DNA of 64,000 bases from Phaeosaccion multiseriatum (taxonomy: Eukaryota; Protista; Ochrophyta, other classes). Below are positions 1-12,292 of this stretch, piece by piece. The notes under the pieces were generated by a model. That model was given only the letters and a program-made list of their open reading frames with translations. It ran no database searches and was not told the origin of the DNA. Location: the NCBI GenBank assembly GCA_965112735.1, contig OZ218959.1, positions 1,488,001-1,552,000 on the forward strand. Direction: 5' to 3'. Position numbers and translations under genes: made by a program. How positions within the stretch are numbered: position 1 is the stretch's first letter; every line of letters starts with the position of its first letter.

Positions 1-2397
1 CGTTCGGGGGGGGCCACGTCAACCTCCAGCTACACAGCAGCGCCGTCTTGCTCCAACAAGAAGGGCATTGCAAGGCAGCTGACCTCAGGCTCTGAGGTGT
101 CCTCTCTGGCGCCCGGCATCACCTGGTGGTATGATTGGTCACCGGGTGAGACCATGCCGGATGACGTCGTGCAGGCGACCCAGGACAATGTGAGTGGGAG
201 TGAGTGAGTGAGGGGTTCGGAAGGATGGGCTGCATGGGCGTGAACAGAGTGATGCCTTGTGCATGGGATAGATTTGCACAGGGCTAGATGCTATAAGAGG
301 TGGGTGGGTGGCCCCCTGTTACCCTTATCTGCGTCCTTGGCTTTGTGTAACTCCCCGCTGTTGCTCCTCGCACCTCGTCTCACCCCCTCCCCCCATCTAT
401 CATGTTTGTGTGACCCACCTACCTGCCACTCATCCTCACCTACCACCCCCTACAGAACCTTGAATTCGCCCCCATGATCGCCCTCCCAAGCGAGGAAAGC
501 AAGCTCGACAACCCCAACCTTGCGCGACTCACAGACGCCGGCAACGTGCAGGACTTCCTCTTCCTCAATGAGCCCAACTTCATGGAATACGCTGCCTCCA
601 CGCCCTCCCAGGCTGCCAGCCTCTACTCGCAAGTTCGCTCACACTCGAGCGTGAGCCGGCTCAACAATGTCGGTCCCGGCATGAACTACTGCGGCACCAA
701 CTGCGTGGGTAACGGGGACCCCATCCAATGGCTCGACGAGTTCTACGGAGCCACGAGCTTCAGCAACGAATTGTCCAGGGTGTCGATTCACAGGTCAGTC
801 ACTTCAGTCGCTCCCCGATTTTTTTTTTGATTTTTTGTTTCGTTCGTGTGTTTGTGTTCGTTGCAACAGAAGTGTATGTGTGTGGTGCCAACGGCAGCAG
901 CAAGGAGGAGGAGGAGGACTCTAATAGCTGTACCACTCTCCCATTTATATGTAGTTTGCTGCAACGGTTGAGGAGGAGGGCAGCAGTCTCTCGCGTTTGC
1001 TTTTCGCTCATCATAGACCCACCCCCCCTCTCTTCTCTCACAAACGACAGTTACACCTGCGGCGTGCAGTACCTCAACAAGCACATCCACGCCTACCTCA
1101 AATACGGCCGAAAGGTGTGGGTCACCGAGTTTGCATGCGGCGAGGGACCCTCCCTCAGCAGGCAGCAGGGGTATATGCCGGACGCTCTCCTCCTGCTCGA
1201 GCTACACCCCGAGGTGGAACGTTACGCCTGGTTCAGCTACCCGGCCATCTCAGGCTCCAACCTCTTGAACTCCAGCGGAGGCTTGAGCGACCTTGGAAGG
1301 ACGTACGTCAACACCTACCCCAGATGTGGCGGTAGCGCACGCGCAGCTCCACCTGCACCCCCCGCGGCAACCCCGCAACCAACCCCACGACCAACCCCAC
1401 GACCAACCCCACAACCCACTGCTGCTGCCCGAGAAGCCGCCCCGACACCTGTACCGAACGCACCGGCGGCTCCCGGGCGTCCGGCCCCTTCACCTCCTGC
1501 CCTGCCACGTGCCGCTCCGGACTTCTTTGCGATCAACGAGTGCACCGTGGGTGCGTGCGGCGTGGGCGAGCAGACGTGCGAGGTGTGGGCAGGCTGCATC
1601 AACGGAGGGCCGGGATGCATCGACTCTGTGTGCAGGTAAGGTGGGAGGGGATTGTATTGTAGTATCTTTTCCCTCTTTTTGGTGTGCTGCAAGCCATGTC
1701 GTGGCCCACCGACGAGACTTGGTTCTCAAGGTTTGCTTTTCTTGTTCTGTTCACTCGCTGATTTTATATCATTGCCCCACCTACCCCACTCCCTCACCAA
1801 CTCACTGCCTCCCCCCCCCCTTCCCCCCCCACTTTCCTTGCTTCAAACTCAATTCTCACCTCCTTACCTCCCTACTCCAGGTACTGCGGCTTTAAGGAGT
1901 TCCCAAGGTGTGCCTCCAGCCCCACCTCCCCCAGTCCGAACCCTTCCCCGACTCCTCCGGCGTCAGCGCCGCAGTCTTCCAGCTGCGCCGGCGTGGGCGC
2001 GTGCGGGGTCAACGGACAAACATGCGAGACGTACACCGCTTGCCGAACAACCGGCGGAAGGGGATGCATCGCCGGAACCCAATGCCGCTTCTGTGGTTTC
2101 GGAGGGTTCTCTAGTTGCTCCGGAGGTGGTGGAGGAGGAGGAGGTGGAGGAGGAGGTGGAGGAGGTGGAGGTACGTCGCCGAGCCCCTCCCCTCCGTCCG
2201 GGGTCACCACGGCTTGTCGGGGCGTAGGGGCTTGTGGTGTTGGTGGACAGACTTGCGAGTTCTACGACTGTTCTCGAGGCGGTCGAGGCTGCATTGACAA
2301 CTCGTGTCGTTACTGTGGATTCGCCGACTTCAACGCCTGTGGCTCCGTGCCCGCGGGTGACAGAGCCTCGGCCACGGCTCTCTCGCACGAGAGATGA
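1..2397 (+). CDS. GH128 (Glyco_hydro_cc) beta-1,3-glucanase with Pro-rich linker and three Cys-rich repeats; 5' truncated. Exons <1-189, 456-793, 1051-1635, 1881-2397
   Basis: The spliced frame reads WWYDWS...EFAPM...FLNEPN...WLDEF...SIHSY...YGRKVWVTEF...VERYAWF, the GH128 motif series with both catalytic Glu (NEP, TEF). All introns are GT-AG and phase-consistent. Confidence 0.85.
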
Positions 2398-3661
2398 GTG
2401 GAGAGTTGAGTCATGCCACGCACGCACCCACCGACTCAGACATGGCCTTTAGGCCGGGCGGCTGGCGTGTAGGCGTGCGGCTCGCACGAGAGCTCAAGAA
2501 GCCAAGCACCGCCATCATCTCGATCGTGCGAGTAGGGTAGGGGGGGAGGGGGTCAACGTGCTGTAGTGAGACACACTCGCACGAGGCAAAAGCGAATGGC
2601 TGTTCAAGCACCGCCATCCTCACTCGTGCGACTCATTCATTCAGGGGGGATGGGCAAGCACATGGTAGTATGTTAGTAGGGAGACACATGGACCGTAGCG
2701 AGGGAGACTTTGACTATTATTCTCTGGGTAGAGCAGTGCAGTGCAGGACGCAGTTTTGCTTCGTTGTGTGTGTGTGTGTGTGTGTGTTGGGAAGTAGGGG
2801 ACGGGGCCAACCTTACGGGCCCTTGCGGGCACGTGGTTTGTGACGGCGAGGGAGGGAGGGACAGTGGCTGTGGAGCGCGCAGGACTGGGGGCATAGACGA
2901 AGGATCCAATAGAGAACAGTGAAGTGGATGAGTAGCGAGCGTCGCAAGGCTTGCCATCCTTACCTGCTGCAGCTCGGGTGACTGGGCTGCCCACACATGA
3001 ACACATGGAACCGCTTGGACGATACCATGGTCAGATTATCCGTTCGTATTAGTAGTAAACGTCTTAGGGTATATCAATGTACATTTTTCCTTCAATTCTC
3101 TCGCGCAACGCCACCTCTCTATCTTTTGCTCCCGGCTGTTTGGGCAGGTGGGTGCCTCACAACACCCTGACACCCTGTATTTGTTTGTACACATCGAGTC
3201 TCGAGCACAGCGCACGGACAGGCCGAAAGGAAACGCGCGCACATCCATCGGGCATCCACGCATCCAGGAGCCCGGGGGGGTGTTGCGAGTGAGGTGAGCC
3301 GAGGAGCCGAGTGGATGAATGAGGGGGCGAGTGTGGCCCTTCTTCTTGCCCCAACGGAGTGGGGCTACAATGCCCAACACACCCAACACACCGCCCCGGC
3401 CTGACTGACTGACTGACGGTGTGTGGGTGTGTGCGTGCGTGCGTGCGTGCAGCGCCTCTACCCACCTCCTCCTGCTGTTGCTGCTGCTGCTGCTGTTGTC
3501 GCAGCGCATTTCGATGACTCAAGGCTTCGGGGGAGGCCCAAAGGAAGAGCCTGGTGTGGACATGTGTGGGTATCCTGTGCCCTCCCTCCCCCTGTGCTGC
3601 ACTGCACGCCTCTCGACGACCTCCTTTACGGCACTGCAATAAATGGCAGCACATGGCTCCA

Positions 3662-6437
3662 TCAGAGCTCGCCGCTTGCAGCACCGCTTGAAGACCCGAA
3701 ATACTTGCCGAGGCACAAACAGAATAAAGCAACGGCCGCCTAACAAAACAGAGACAAAAACAGAGAGAGGAACGGTAGTGGTGGGACATTGAGAAGGCAA
3801 GAGAAACAACAGCCAACCCATAGAAGAGGGTTCCCGGTGAGAGAAGTCAGTGTGGAGATATTGAGAAGGACAACCACGACAAGCCCAAGCACGAGGCACG
3901 CCGAAAAGGAGAGAGAGGGAGAGGGTGGGGTGGGGGGGGGGGGGAGGGGAAACAGGCAGAGGACCAGAGCATACAAAGGCGAGAGACAGTGCGAGAGACA
4001 GACAGACATAGGCCAGACAGAGAAACAAGCACATAGAAAAATAGAAGAGAGAGAGAAAGAATGGTAGTGCATACATATATACCTACATACATGCACACAT
4101 GCATACGTACATACATACATACATACATACAAACATACGTACATACATACAAACATACGTACATACATACACACATACATACATATATACATACATACAC
4201 ATACACACATACACACATACATACATACATACATACGTACATACATATATACATACATACATTCATACATACACACAGGTGGACAGAGAGATGGCGGCAG
4301 GAGAGACGCCGCCTCACGGTGCGCTGTGGGCCCCTTGGCTTCCTTCCTCACCATGAACAAGAAGCTGTATCCCTCGTCGTTGCTGGAGCTCCCTCCGCGT
4401 GACCCCGCACCCCTGCCCAGCCCCGCCCCGCCCCCTGCTCGGGTATGCAGGCCCTTGCTGCCGAGGGCCATGCGCTGGGCCATTTCTCGCTGGGTGGGTG
4501 GGTGCGTGTGTGGGTGCGTGTGTGGGTGCGTGTGTGGGTGGGTGGTGGGTGCGTGCGTGCGTGGCGTGGGTAGGTGCGTGTGAGTGTGCGTGCGTGGGTT
4601 CGTGCGCATGTCAGACCGGGACGGTGACCGAGAGAAGCGCGGCAAACAGAGATGTATGTGGGTATCCTCTCTGCCGATCAAACCACGGAAGAAGAGATTC
4701 CTTCTCCCTCAAAGTCTGTGGCTTCTTTCTGCTCTCACCACCTGCAGCTTGCTACACAGTTCCTCCACCACAACATCCCATCCGACACCATCCGCGTCCT
4801 CCTCTTCGTCATTGTCCTCCTCCCTCCTCCCTCCTCCTCCTCCTCCTCCTCCTCCTCCTCCTCCTCCTCCTCCTCCTCCCCCTCCTCCTCCTTTTCCTCC
4901 CCCTCCTCCAACCCACCTGCAGCTTCTTCTTCTCCTCCTCGAGGTCTCTAGTCAGCATATCGCGCTCCTCTGTCAGCTCTGCCGTGTACGTCACAAGATC
5001 CTCGTACTTCCTCCTCAGCATCTTGGCGTCCGGCCCTCCTCCTCCTCCCCCTCCTTCTCTACTTGGAGACGCTCCTCCTCCGGCTCCCGCTAGTGCCCCC
5101 TCTGTTCGCGTTGCCGCTACTGGTACACTTCCCCTGCTGGCGCTCCCAACGAGCTCGGCAGGGCTCGTTGGCACAGACCCTGTCCCTTGCCCTGTACCCA
5201 CTCCTCCTTCTCCTCCTCCTCGTCCTCCCTCTGTCGTCTTGGGGAGTAAGGGTAGATCGAAGCTGACCAGGAGCTTCTTGTTACGGATCTGATCCCGCTT
5301 GTCCTTGCTGTACTCACCCCACAGCTTCTGCAGCTCCAGGCCCGCCTCTTTCACATCCATCTCCTGGAGCTTGCTGTAGGTGGGTGGAGGGGAGGGAGGG
5401 AAGGAGGGAGGGAGGGGCCATGATGATCAACAACGAGGAAAGAGAGAGGGTGGGGGGGGGGACGGGAGAGGGAGAGAGAGAGAGAGAGCTGCACTCAGAG
5501 CTTGCTGCGCCCCCTCCACTTACTCTGCGACAGCTTGGTCCACTTTGACCATCTGCGTAAGGAACTTGTCGCTGCAGGGGGGTACCTTGCCATCATAGCT
5601 ACCGGAGTAATCGAGAAGAGTATTGCACTCCCTGGGGAGGAGGAGGAGGAGGAGGAGGAGGAGGAGGAGGAGGAGGAGGAGGGGGGAGGAGGAGGAGGAG
5701 GAGCAAGGGAAGGAGGGGGTGGAGCAGGGGAGAGGAGGAGGAGCAGGGGTTGGTATACATGGGTGGAGTGACAGGGAGAATGGAACGGTGCAGATGACTA
5801 GAAGGGTCTGCATGCGGTAGGGGTGAGAGGAAACGAGGGGGGGTGGATTGGGAGCCAACAACCCACACACGTTCTCCCGTGAAAAGAAGGCAGTCAGATG
5901 GTAGCAGTATGTGCGGTGAGGCAAGCCTATTCTTCGCAGCCAAGCTGGACGGAGGGACGAGCCGGCTGGCCTCCTAAGACTACATCAGCGCTTCTTCATT
6001 GACCGAAATACAGTCTTTTCTCACTTTTCAACGACGTAGATGTTGACAATCTCGTCAGATGAGACGTTCACGACACCCTGGTTGGGCCGCACCAGATAGC
6101 GCTTAGGATCTGTGGTCTTGACCTGAAAGGAAGGAGGAGCAGACAAGTTTAGTAGAGGCGGAGAGGGGGAATATGCCATGATGTCCGGCAGAAAGATGCC
6201 ACAGTAGACGAGGGAAGCGAAAGGGGGGGAGGAGGGGAAGGCAAGAGAGAAGAGAGAGGAGGAATTTGCGGAGGTGAATGATGATGGGGAACTCGGGCTC
6301 ACCTTGAAGGCAACAGGCTGATCCGAGAGGTTCGTGATCGTCATTATACACCCTGGCTGCGAGTTCGGCGTGAGTGTAAAGGTCAGTTTGTCGGGCGAAA
6401 TGCTGGCCAAATGCTTGCCAGCATCCCCCTCACTCAT
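3662..6437 (-). CDS. VAP: VAMP-associated protein (MSP domain, coiled coil, C-terminal TM). Exons 6437-6303, 6122-6025, 5631-5524, 5373-4917, 4489-4352, 3739-3662
   Basis: MSP signature VAFKVKTTDPKRYLVRPNQG and DKFL, coiled coil LRRKYEDLVTYTAELTEERDMLTRDLEEE, tail anchor GYSFLFMAAVALFCLCLGKYF. GT-AG introns in phase. Confidence 0.9.
4071..4275. repeat. (TACA)n microsatellite in the last VAP intron
   Basis: Visible tetranucleotide run; a similar run lies at 58070-58138. Confidence 0.9.
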
Positions 6438-6684
6438 CTTGTCCGCTTCCAGACAATCCTAAGGATACCCCAGGCAGCAGCACGACCACACCGCCAACAG
6501 CAACCTAAGCAGTAGTAGGAGAAGCAGTAGAAGCAGTAGCAGTAGCAACTACTAGTAGTAGCGGAAGCGGAAGAGAAATGGCGAGAAGCGAGAAAAGAGA
6601 AACAGGGAACAAGGGCGGATGGCACTGGATGTGATAGACAGGGGTACTTTTGATCTTGGGTGGGGGGCATTCAGCAAGAACAGC
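6438..6684. promoter_or_regulatory. Putative bidirectional promoter/5' UTRs between VAP and the alpha/beta hydrolase
   Basis: Only about 250 bp separate two divergent start codons. Confidence 0.45.
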
Positions 6685-8299
6685 ATGGGTTGTCAGCTAA
6701 TGGTAGGGGTTGCGGCCATCCTCTTCGCTGCATTCTCTGCTCTTCCTACGTTCGATGGGGAGCTACACATCGTCTCGTTGACCAAGGACGACTACCTACC
6801 GGAGGCCGTCGATCACGGCTTGTACGAACGGACAGACGAGTTCTTCACGAGCGAGGTGGGGAACGAAAGGACGCAAGACGATTCCTCACAGAATCGTATG
6901 CTACCTAATGCGGTGCTATATTTCATAGATACATCGTCCCCCCTCTGTGAGAAGTAACTCGCGTGTTCCATGCCCCCCTCCTCCCACAGAATGTCCGATG
7001 TCACACGTGGCTGTACCTCCCGAAGGAGGGCCCCCTTGCCGAACCCTCTCCGCCTGTTGTCATTCTTGGTCATGGTCTGGGCGCACAGAAGGACATGGGC
7101 CTCGACACGTACGCAGCTGCTTTTGCGAAAGAGGGAATAGCCAGCTTCGTTATCGACTACAGGTCAGGCCGTGTTGCGCCAGCAGCAATTCTCTAGCTAA
7201 CCCCTTCGCCTCGTTCACTGAGGAAGAGACGGCCGCTCCGCCCCCCGCTCCCCTACTCCCCGCCTTGCCTGACCTCGCCCTTGGCCTTGCCGTTCCTCTT
7301 ACTCGGTCATCATCATTCTCTCACCCCACGCTCGCCCCGCCACCCACCCACCCACCCACCCACCCCCCAGGACCTTTGGCGCGTCTGATGGGATGCCCCG
7401 CAACCTCATCAACCCGTGGAGCCACGTGCAGGACTTTCATAGCGCCATTTCGCACATACAGACTGACGGGCTCGGGGGCAGGGTCGACAGCAGCAGGTCT
7501 GTCTATGACACAGGCATGAAAAGGATGAGTGGTGAGGGCAGTGGTGGTGGTAGGAGTAGCCGTAGTTGATGCTGTTGTAGGAGGAGGAGGGGCGGACGGG
7601 TTGGGCTTGAGCTACAGGCCACCATTCTCTTCTCCCTTGGCCGCTTCTCTCGTCTTTCTTTGTACGCATCGTTGACCCATCGAGCTTCATTCAATGACTC
7701 CCCCTCCCCTCCCCTCCCCTCCCCCTTCCCTCCCTCCGCCCCCCTCCCCCTCCCCCCTCCCTCTCCTCAACAGGATCGCTCTGTGGGGCACCTCTCTCGG
7801 CGGGGGACACGTGATAGAGGCCGCGGCCACACAGAAGAGCAACATCACTGCGGTCGTGTCACAGGTGGGCTTCTCGATGGCAGCATACTGCATATTGTAG
7901 CAACTAGCAGCAGCATTCATTAAACAATAATAGTAGAAGTAGTAGTAGTAGGAGGAGGAGGGGTGGTAGTAGTAGTGAGAAATAGTGAGTAAAGTAAAGG
8001 GAGTAAAAGCAACAGCAGTGGCAGCTGGTGATACACCAGCAGATGCTGCAAGGGATGCTCGTCAAAGGGCCCACACCCTCCCTTTATGTCCCGGGCTTGA
8101 ACCTCTGCGGCGTGTCCTGACCCTCATGCTCATACTCCCCTCGACCGCCCCCCCCTCCCCCGTCCACTGCCATCCTCCCTTCTCCCTTGCCCTACATTGT
8201 AGGTCCCCCACTTAGATGGTCGTGCGGCAAGCAAGCGTGCCATGTCCCTCCGAGGTGTACTTGGCACTCTTCGTCTCGCATACGGTGAGCAACAAGAGG

Positions 8300-8342
<43 letters not shown>

Positions 8343-8851
8343 GAGAGATGGACAAGAGGGAGGGAGGGAGAGAGAGAGAGAGGGTTTTTGCGTTTGGGCA
8401 AAGTGGCCTCCCGCAATATGCCCCGTATATCTGTATGACAATTATGCAATCAATGTCAGCATCACATCGCGTAATACCACGTATTACTAATCCTCTGTCC
8501 TCCCCATCCACGGCCATCCCATCCCCATCCCCACTGGCATCCGCTACCATCCCCTCCCTACCACCCATCCACTGCCATCCCCACCCCACCACCGCAGCCG
8601 TGCTCAAAGACAGTGCCCGTCACTTCATGGGTCGATCCCCTGCCTACATATCCATTGCAGGGGAGCTTGGGAGCCTCTCCCTCATGCCCCTGCGGACCAA
8701 GGAGCTGGTCGCTAGGAAGGCCAAGCATCCCGATAGATACCTTGGCGGCTGGCAAGACCTCGCACCGGCCCGTGTGGGGGGCATGATGAGCTTCTACAGC
8801 CCTATCCGGCAAGTGGGCAGCATTGAGGCCCCCATACTCTTCATCGCCGCC

Positions 8852-8890
<39 letters not shown>

Positions 8891-9235
8891 GATGTTTGTG
8901 TGTGCGTGCGTGTGAAAATATTTTTCTCTCTCCCTCTTTCTTTCTCTCATTTCTGTGTCTTTCACCTACCATATGTCTCTTGACCTACCATTTTCTATAC
9001 TTGGCCCTCGTCCCTCCACACGCTTCCTTCTTCCCTTCCCCCCATCGACATACGGGTCGTCGCCAGCCGAGACGAACTCTGCCCCCTCGACACGGTCAAG
9101 GAGGCGGCTTCTAAAGCGAAGGACGCACGCTTCATGGAGGTAGACGCAGATCACTTTGAAGTGTATGGGGGAGAGGTCCTGGAGAGGACGCTGAAGGAGA
9201 CAACAGCCTTCCTTGTCAAGCAACTGAGCCAGTGA
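6685..9235 (+). CDS. Alpha/beta hydrolase (peptidase S15/S9-like, Hydrolase_4 type) with N-terminal signal/anchor. Exons 6685-6855, 6990-7162, 7371-7496, 7774-7864, 8203-8284, 8598-8853, 9067-9235
   Basis: GHGLGAQKDMGL, DYRTFGASDGMPR, nucleophile elbow WGTSLGGGH, QVPHLDG, acid in SRDELCP and His in DHFEVY. Seven exons join in phase. Confidence 0.88.
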
Positions 9236-9893
9236 TGAGTTGGAGGAGGAGGAGGAGGAGGAGGAGGAGGAGGAGGAGGAGGAGGAGGAGGAGGAGGAGG
9301 GCGGCGGCTGCTGCTGCTGCTGATGATGATGATGGTGAGGATGCTGCTGATGCTGCTGCACAAGCGAAAACACCTTCCCAGTCTGCGACGAGGCTCCGCC
9401 ACACCAGGGAAATGCCGTTACAAGCATGTGGTGATTAACGGGATCCGACGGCTCTTGCGACTGTACCGCCCTGACTCATGGCGGACGGACTGAGATTGGG
9501 TCGGTGGCTGAGAAGATGCGCTTCTTGGAGCGGCGGAGGCAACCCTCATCTCATCCTCCCTTCCAGGTTGAGAGAGACAACGTGGGGGTAGGAGGAGAGG
9601 ATCACCGAGCTTAAGTCCCAGAGGGAGAGAGAGAGATGGCAGTGGATGAGGGGTTGGGGTTGCCGCATCAGTGCCGCATCAGCAGCCGAGTCAGTCGGCC
9701 AAGGCGAAAGGAGGGGCAAAGAATGAATAATGCCACCGCCACACTCCGTGTAGGGGTGTGTGTGTGTGTTTGTGTGTATGAGAATAGCAGCAAAGCCAAG
9801 CCCCCACAGAGAAGGCCGTGACAAAGGTGAAGCACAACCGACAAGGCGGAGAGACGGGGAGGGCCTCCCACAAGCACCCTTCGAGTGTAATCG

Positions 9894-9924
<31 letters not shown>

Positions 9925-10522
9925 ATGCAAATAATTGCATGTCTACTCTTCCATGTCTTACTCCATCGTCAAAGTAGTGCCATTTTTTTATCGACCCCGA
10001 CCCTCCAGCTTCTCAGCATATGCTTCTTCGCGTCTAACCAACCCTCTTGAATCAAATCCTCAACAATGCAGCCGCAAGCAGAATAGCAGTGAGGGGTGAG
10101 GAGGGTCCATGGGTTTCCGCCCTGAAGCCCACGAGCGGGGCTTGAAATCAGTCAACGGAATGAAACGTATGAAACGTCTAGCCTTCTGGTTCTCCAGTAG
10201 TGTGTACCACTACACGCAGCCCTCCCTCTCCAAGCCAGGCTCCGGCTCCGGCTCCGGCTCAACTCTCGTCTGGCCCCCCATCCCCCCCACACCTCCTTTT
10301 CACGATGCCTCCTCCGCCTTCGGATCACCTACGTCTGTTGCCTTCTCTCGCCCACTGATTCTTCCGCCTCTTTCCACCCTCCATCCGTTGCCCATCCGTT
10401 GCCTCCCCTCCCTCCCGACCTCCACCAGGTTTGCGTAATTGTGTGTCGTGTTACTGTACATGCATGTAGCTTGTGTGTGTGTGTGTGGGGGGGGGGTGCG
10501 TATGCGTGTTGTTACACGACGC

Positions 10523-12155
10523 CTACTCCTCCTCTCCCCCCTCCCCCTCCTCAGGCAGCGGCGCCGCCATGCTCGCCATCAGCTGAGCCATCGCATCCGA
10601 GTCTGGCTTGGCGTCCTCCCCCCCGCTCTTGCCCTTGCTCTTGCTCCGCTTGCGTGCCTCTCTTGCGGCCTCCCTGCCCCTCTCCTGTGCCCGAGCCTTC
10701 ATTTCAGCGGCCTTGACCTTTTCTTCCTCAAGCTTAGCAGCGGCCTTCGCCAATTTCTCTTGCTCCATTCGCATCTGCTTCAGAGCCTTCTTGTCCGCTT
10801 CTGCCTGCGCCTTCTCGAATCCACCCTCTGCCTGGCGACGCTCCTCTTCATAGGGGGAGCCCGCATTCCTCGTGTCTAGATTCACCATGCCCTTACCCAA
10901 TCTTCCCCGCTCCCGCTCGTCGCCCCCGGCCTCCGCTAGCCGCCGGGCCATGAGGCTGGCCTTGTCGGCATCGCTGAGGAGGCCCAGCTGCTCCACGGAG
11001 CCCGTCCTGTCCATGAGCAAGTCTTGCATCTCACGCCCCCCCCTGCCCCCCAATGCGGAGCCCTTGCCGTCCGCCTCGTCCAACAAGTCATCCTCGTCGT
11101 CGTCGTCGTCGTCGTCGTCGTCTCGGAGCTTTTGCACGTCTTTACTGAGCTTGTCCATCTTCTTGTGAAACACTTTGACTTCGGCGTGTTCCTCAGCATC
11201 GTACCCCAGCAGCACTTTCTTCACGACATTGAGCAGTCGCGTCTTGATGCGTGTGATGCGGTTGGGTTTGATCTCAGGACTGCTTGATAGAAGGGCGGGC
11301 GGGGGAGAGGAGGGGCAATACATATATATATATATCGGTGGATGAGATGGTGTTTGTTGAAGCAGAGCTTTCTCCTCCCCCTTTCCTCATTCTGACTAGT
11401 GACTCATCCCGACCCCCCCCCCCCCCTTGCTCCATTGTAAGACCTCGCGCATGAGCTGGCCCAGTAGGCAAAGGGACTTGCTCTCTGACGCATCAAGACC
11501 ACCTGAAACCCTTCCCCGCCCCTTTCCCGCATCAAAAACTGCGAGCTTAAACCAATGAATGTATGGCTGACAGGTGCCTCCGCCCCAATAAAGCCGCATT
11601 CATTTCCCCCTCCCGCGCATTGTGGCTGCCGCTGCTCCACAGTGTTTGTCTGTCGCAGCCCCTCCACCTGGCGGGTGGGGCCTGTCCACCCGCCGCAGAT
11701 TAGGGAGCCCAGGCGTTTGTGATGCCCTATTGCCCCCCACTGTCAGTCCCAACTTACCTGTCCGTACCGAAGGACGGACTCCCTCTCCCTTTCTCCATCA
11801 CCCTCTGCCCTTTCTTGGTGCGTCGCCGTCTCCCTTCTCCTCGTGTCCTGTCCGCATGCAGCCTCATTAACTTGAAGCGGCCCCGCTCCTCCTCCCTCCC
11901 CCCCGAAAAGAGCCCCGTGGTCTGGAGCTGCGAAGGCCGAAGATTCGCCAGCACCGCTGTCCCCCGTGACGCTCCGCCTCCGCTTGCCCCGCTCCTTGCC
12001 CCCGCACCCGCTCCTGCTGCTCGTCCTCCCGGAGCTGTTGGGCCAACACAAACGACAAAGCTCCGCACAACGTGCACATTAGCGAGCACGAGAAGGATAA
12101 CGCAAGTCGCCGCTGCGATTGCCCCCGCAGAGGTTGTCTTCATAGCGAGTTGCAT
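10523..12155 (-). CDS. Unknown coiled-coil protein with a probable bipartite plastid-targeting presequence. Exons 12155(or 12143)-11758, 11279-10523
   Basis: Hydrophobic signal peptide ending VRS-FVV, followed by an A/G/R/S-rich transit-like segment. A phase-2 GT-AG intron joins it to a charged E/K/A-rich ORF. No family recognised. Confidence 0.6.
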
Positions 12156-12292
12156 CTTTTTTTGAGTTGCACTTGACATCCACATCAAGGGAACCGAGGC
12201 GTCGCCATTTGTGTGACCGCCCTTGTAGCACCAACGTTCTCCCTCCCGCGGCCATCCGCAAACCACAAATCTAAGTCCCAAGGCCTGAGAAT

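Noticed and set aside
2395-2640. TGA plus downstream hairpins as a selenocysteine/SECIS system
   Set aside because: The hairpins lack the AUGA/GA quartet and apical AA arrangement, and the TGA falls after the last complete domain.
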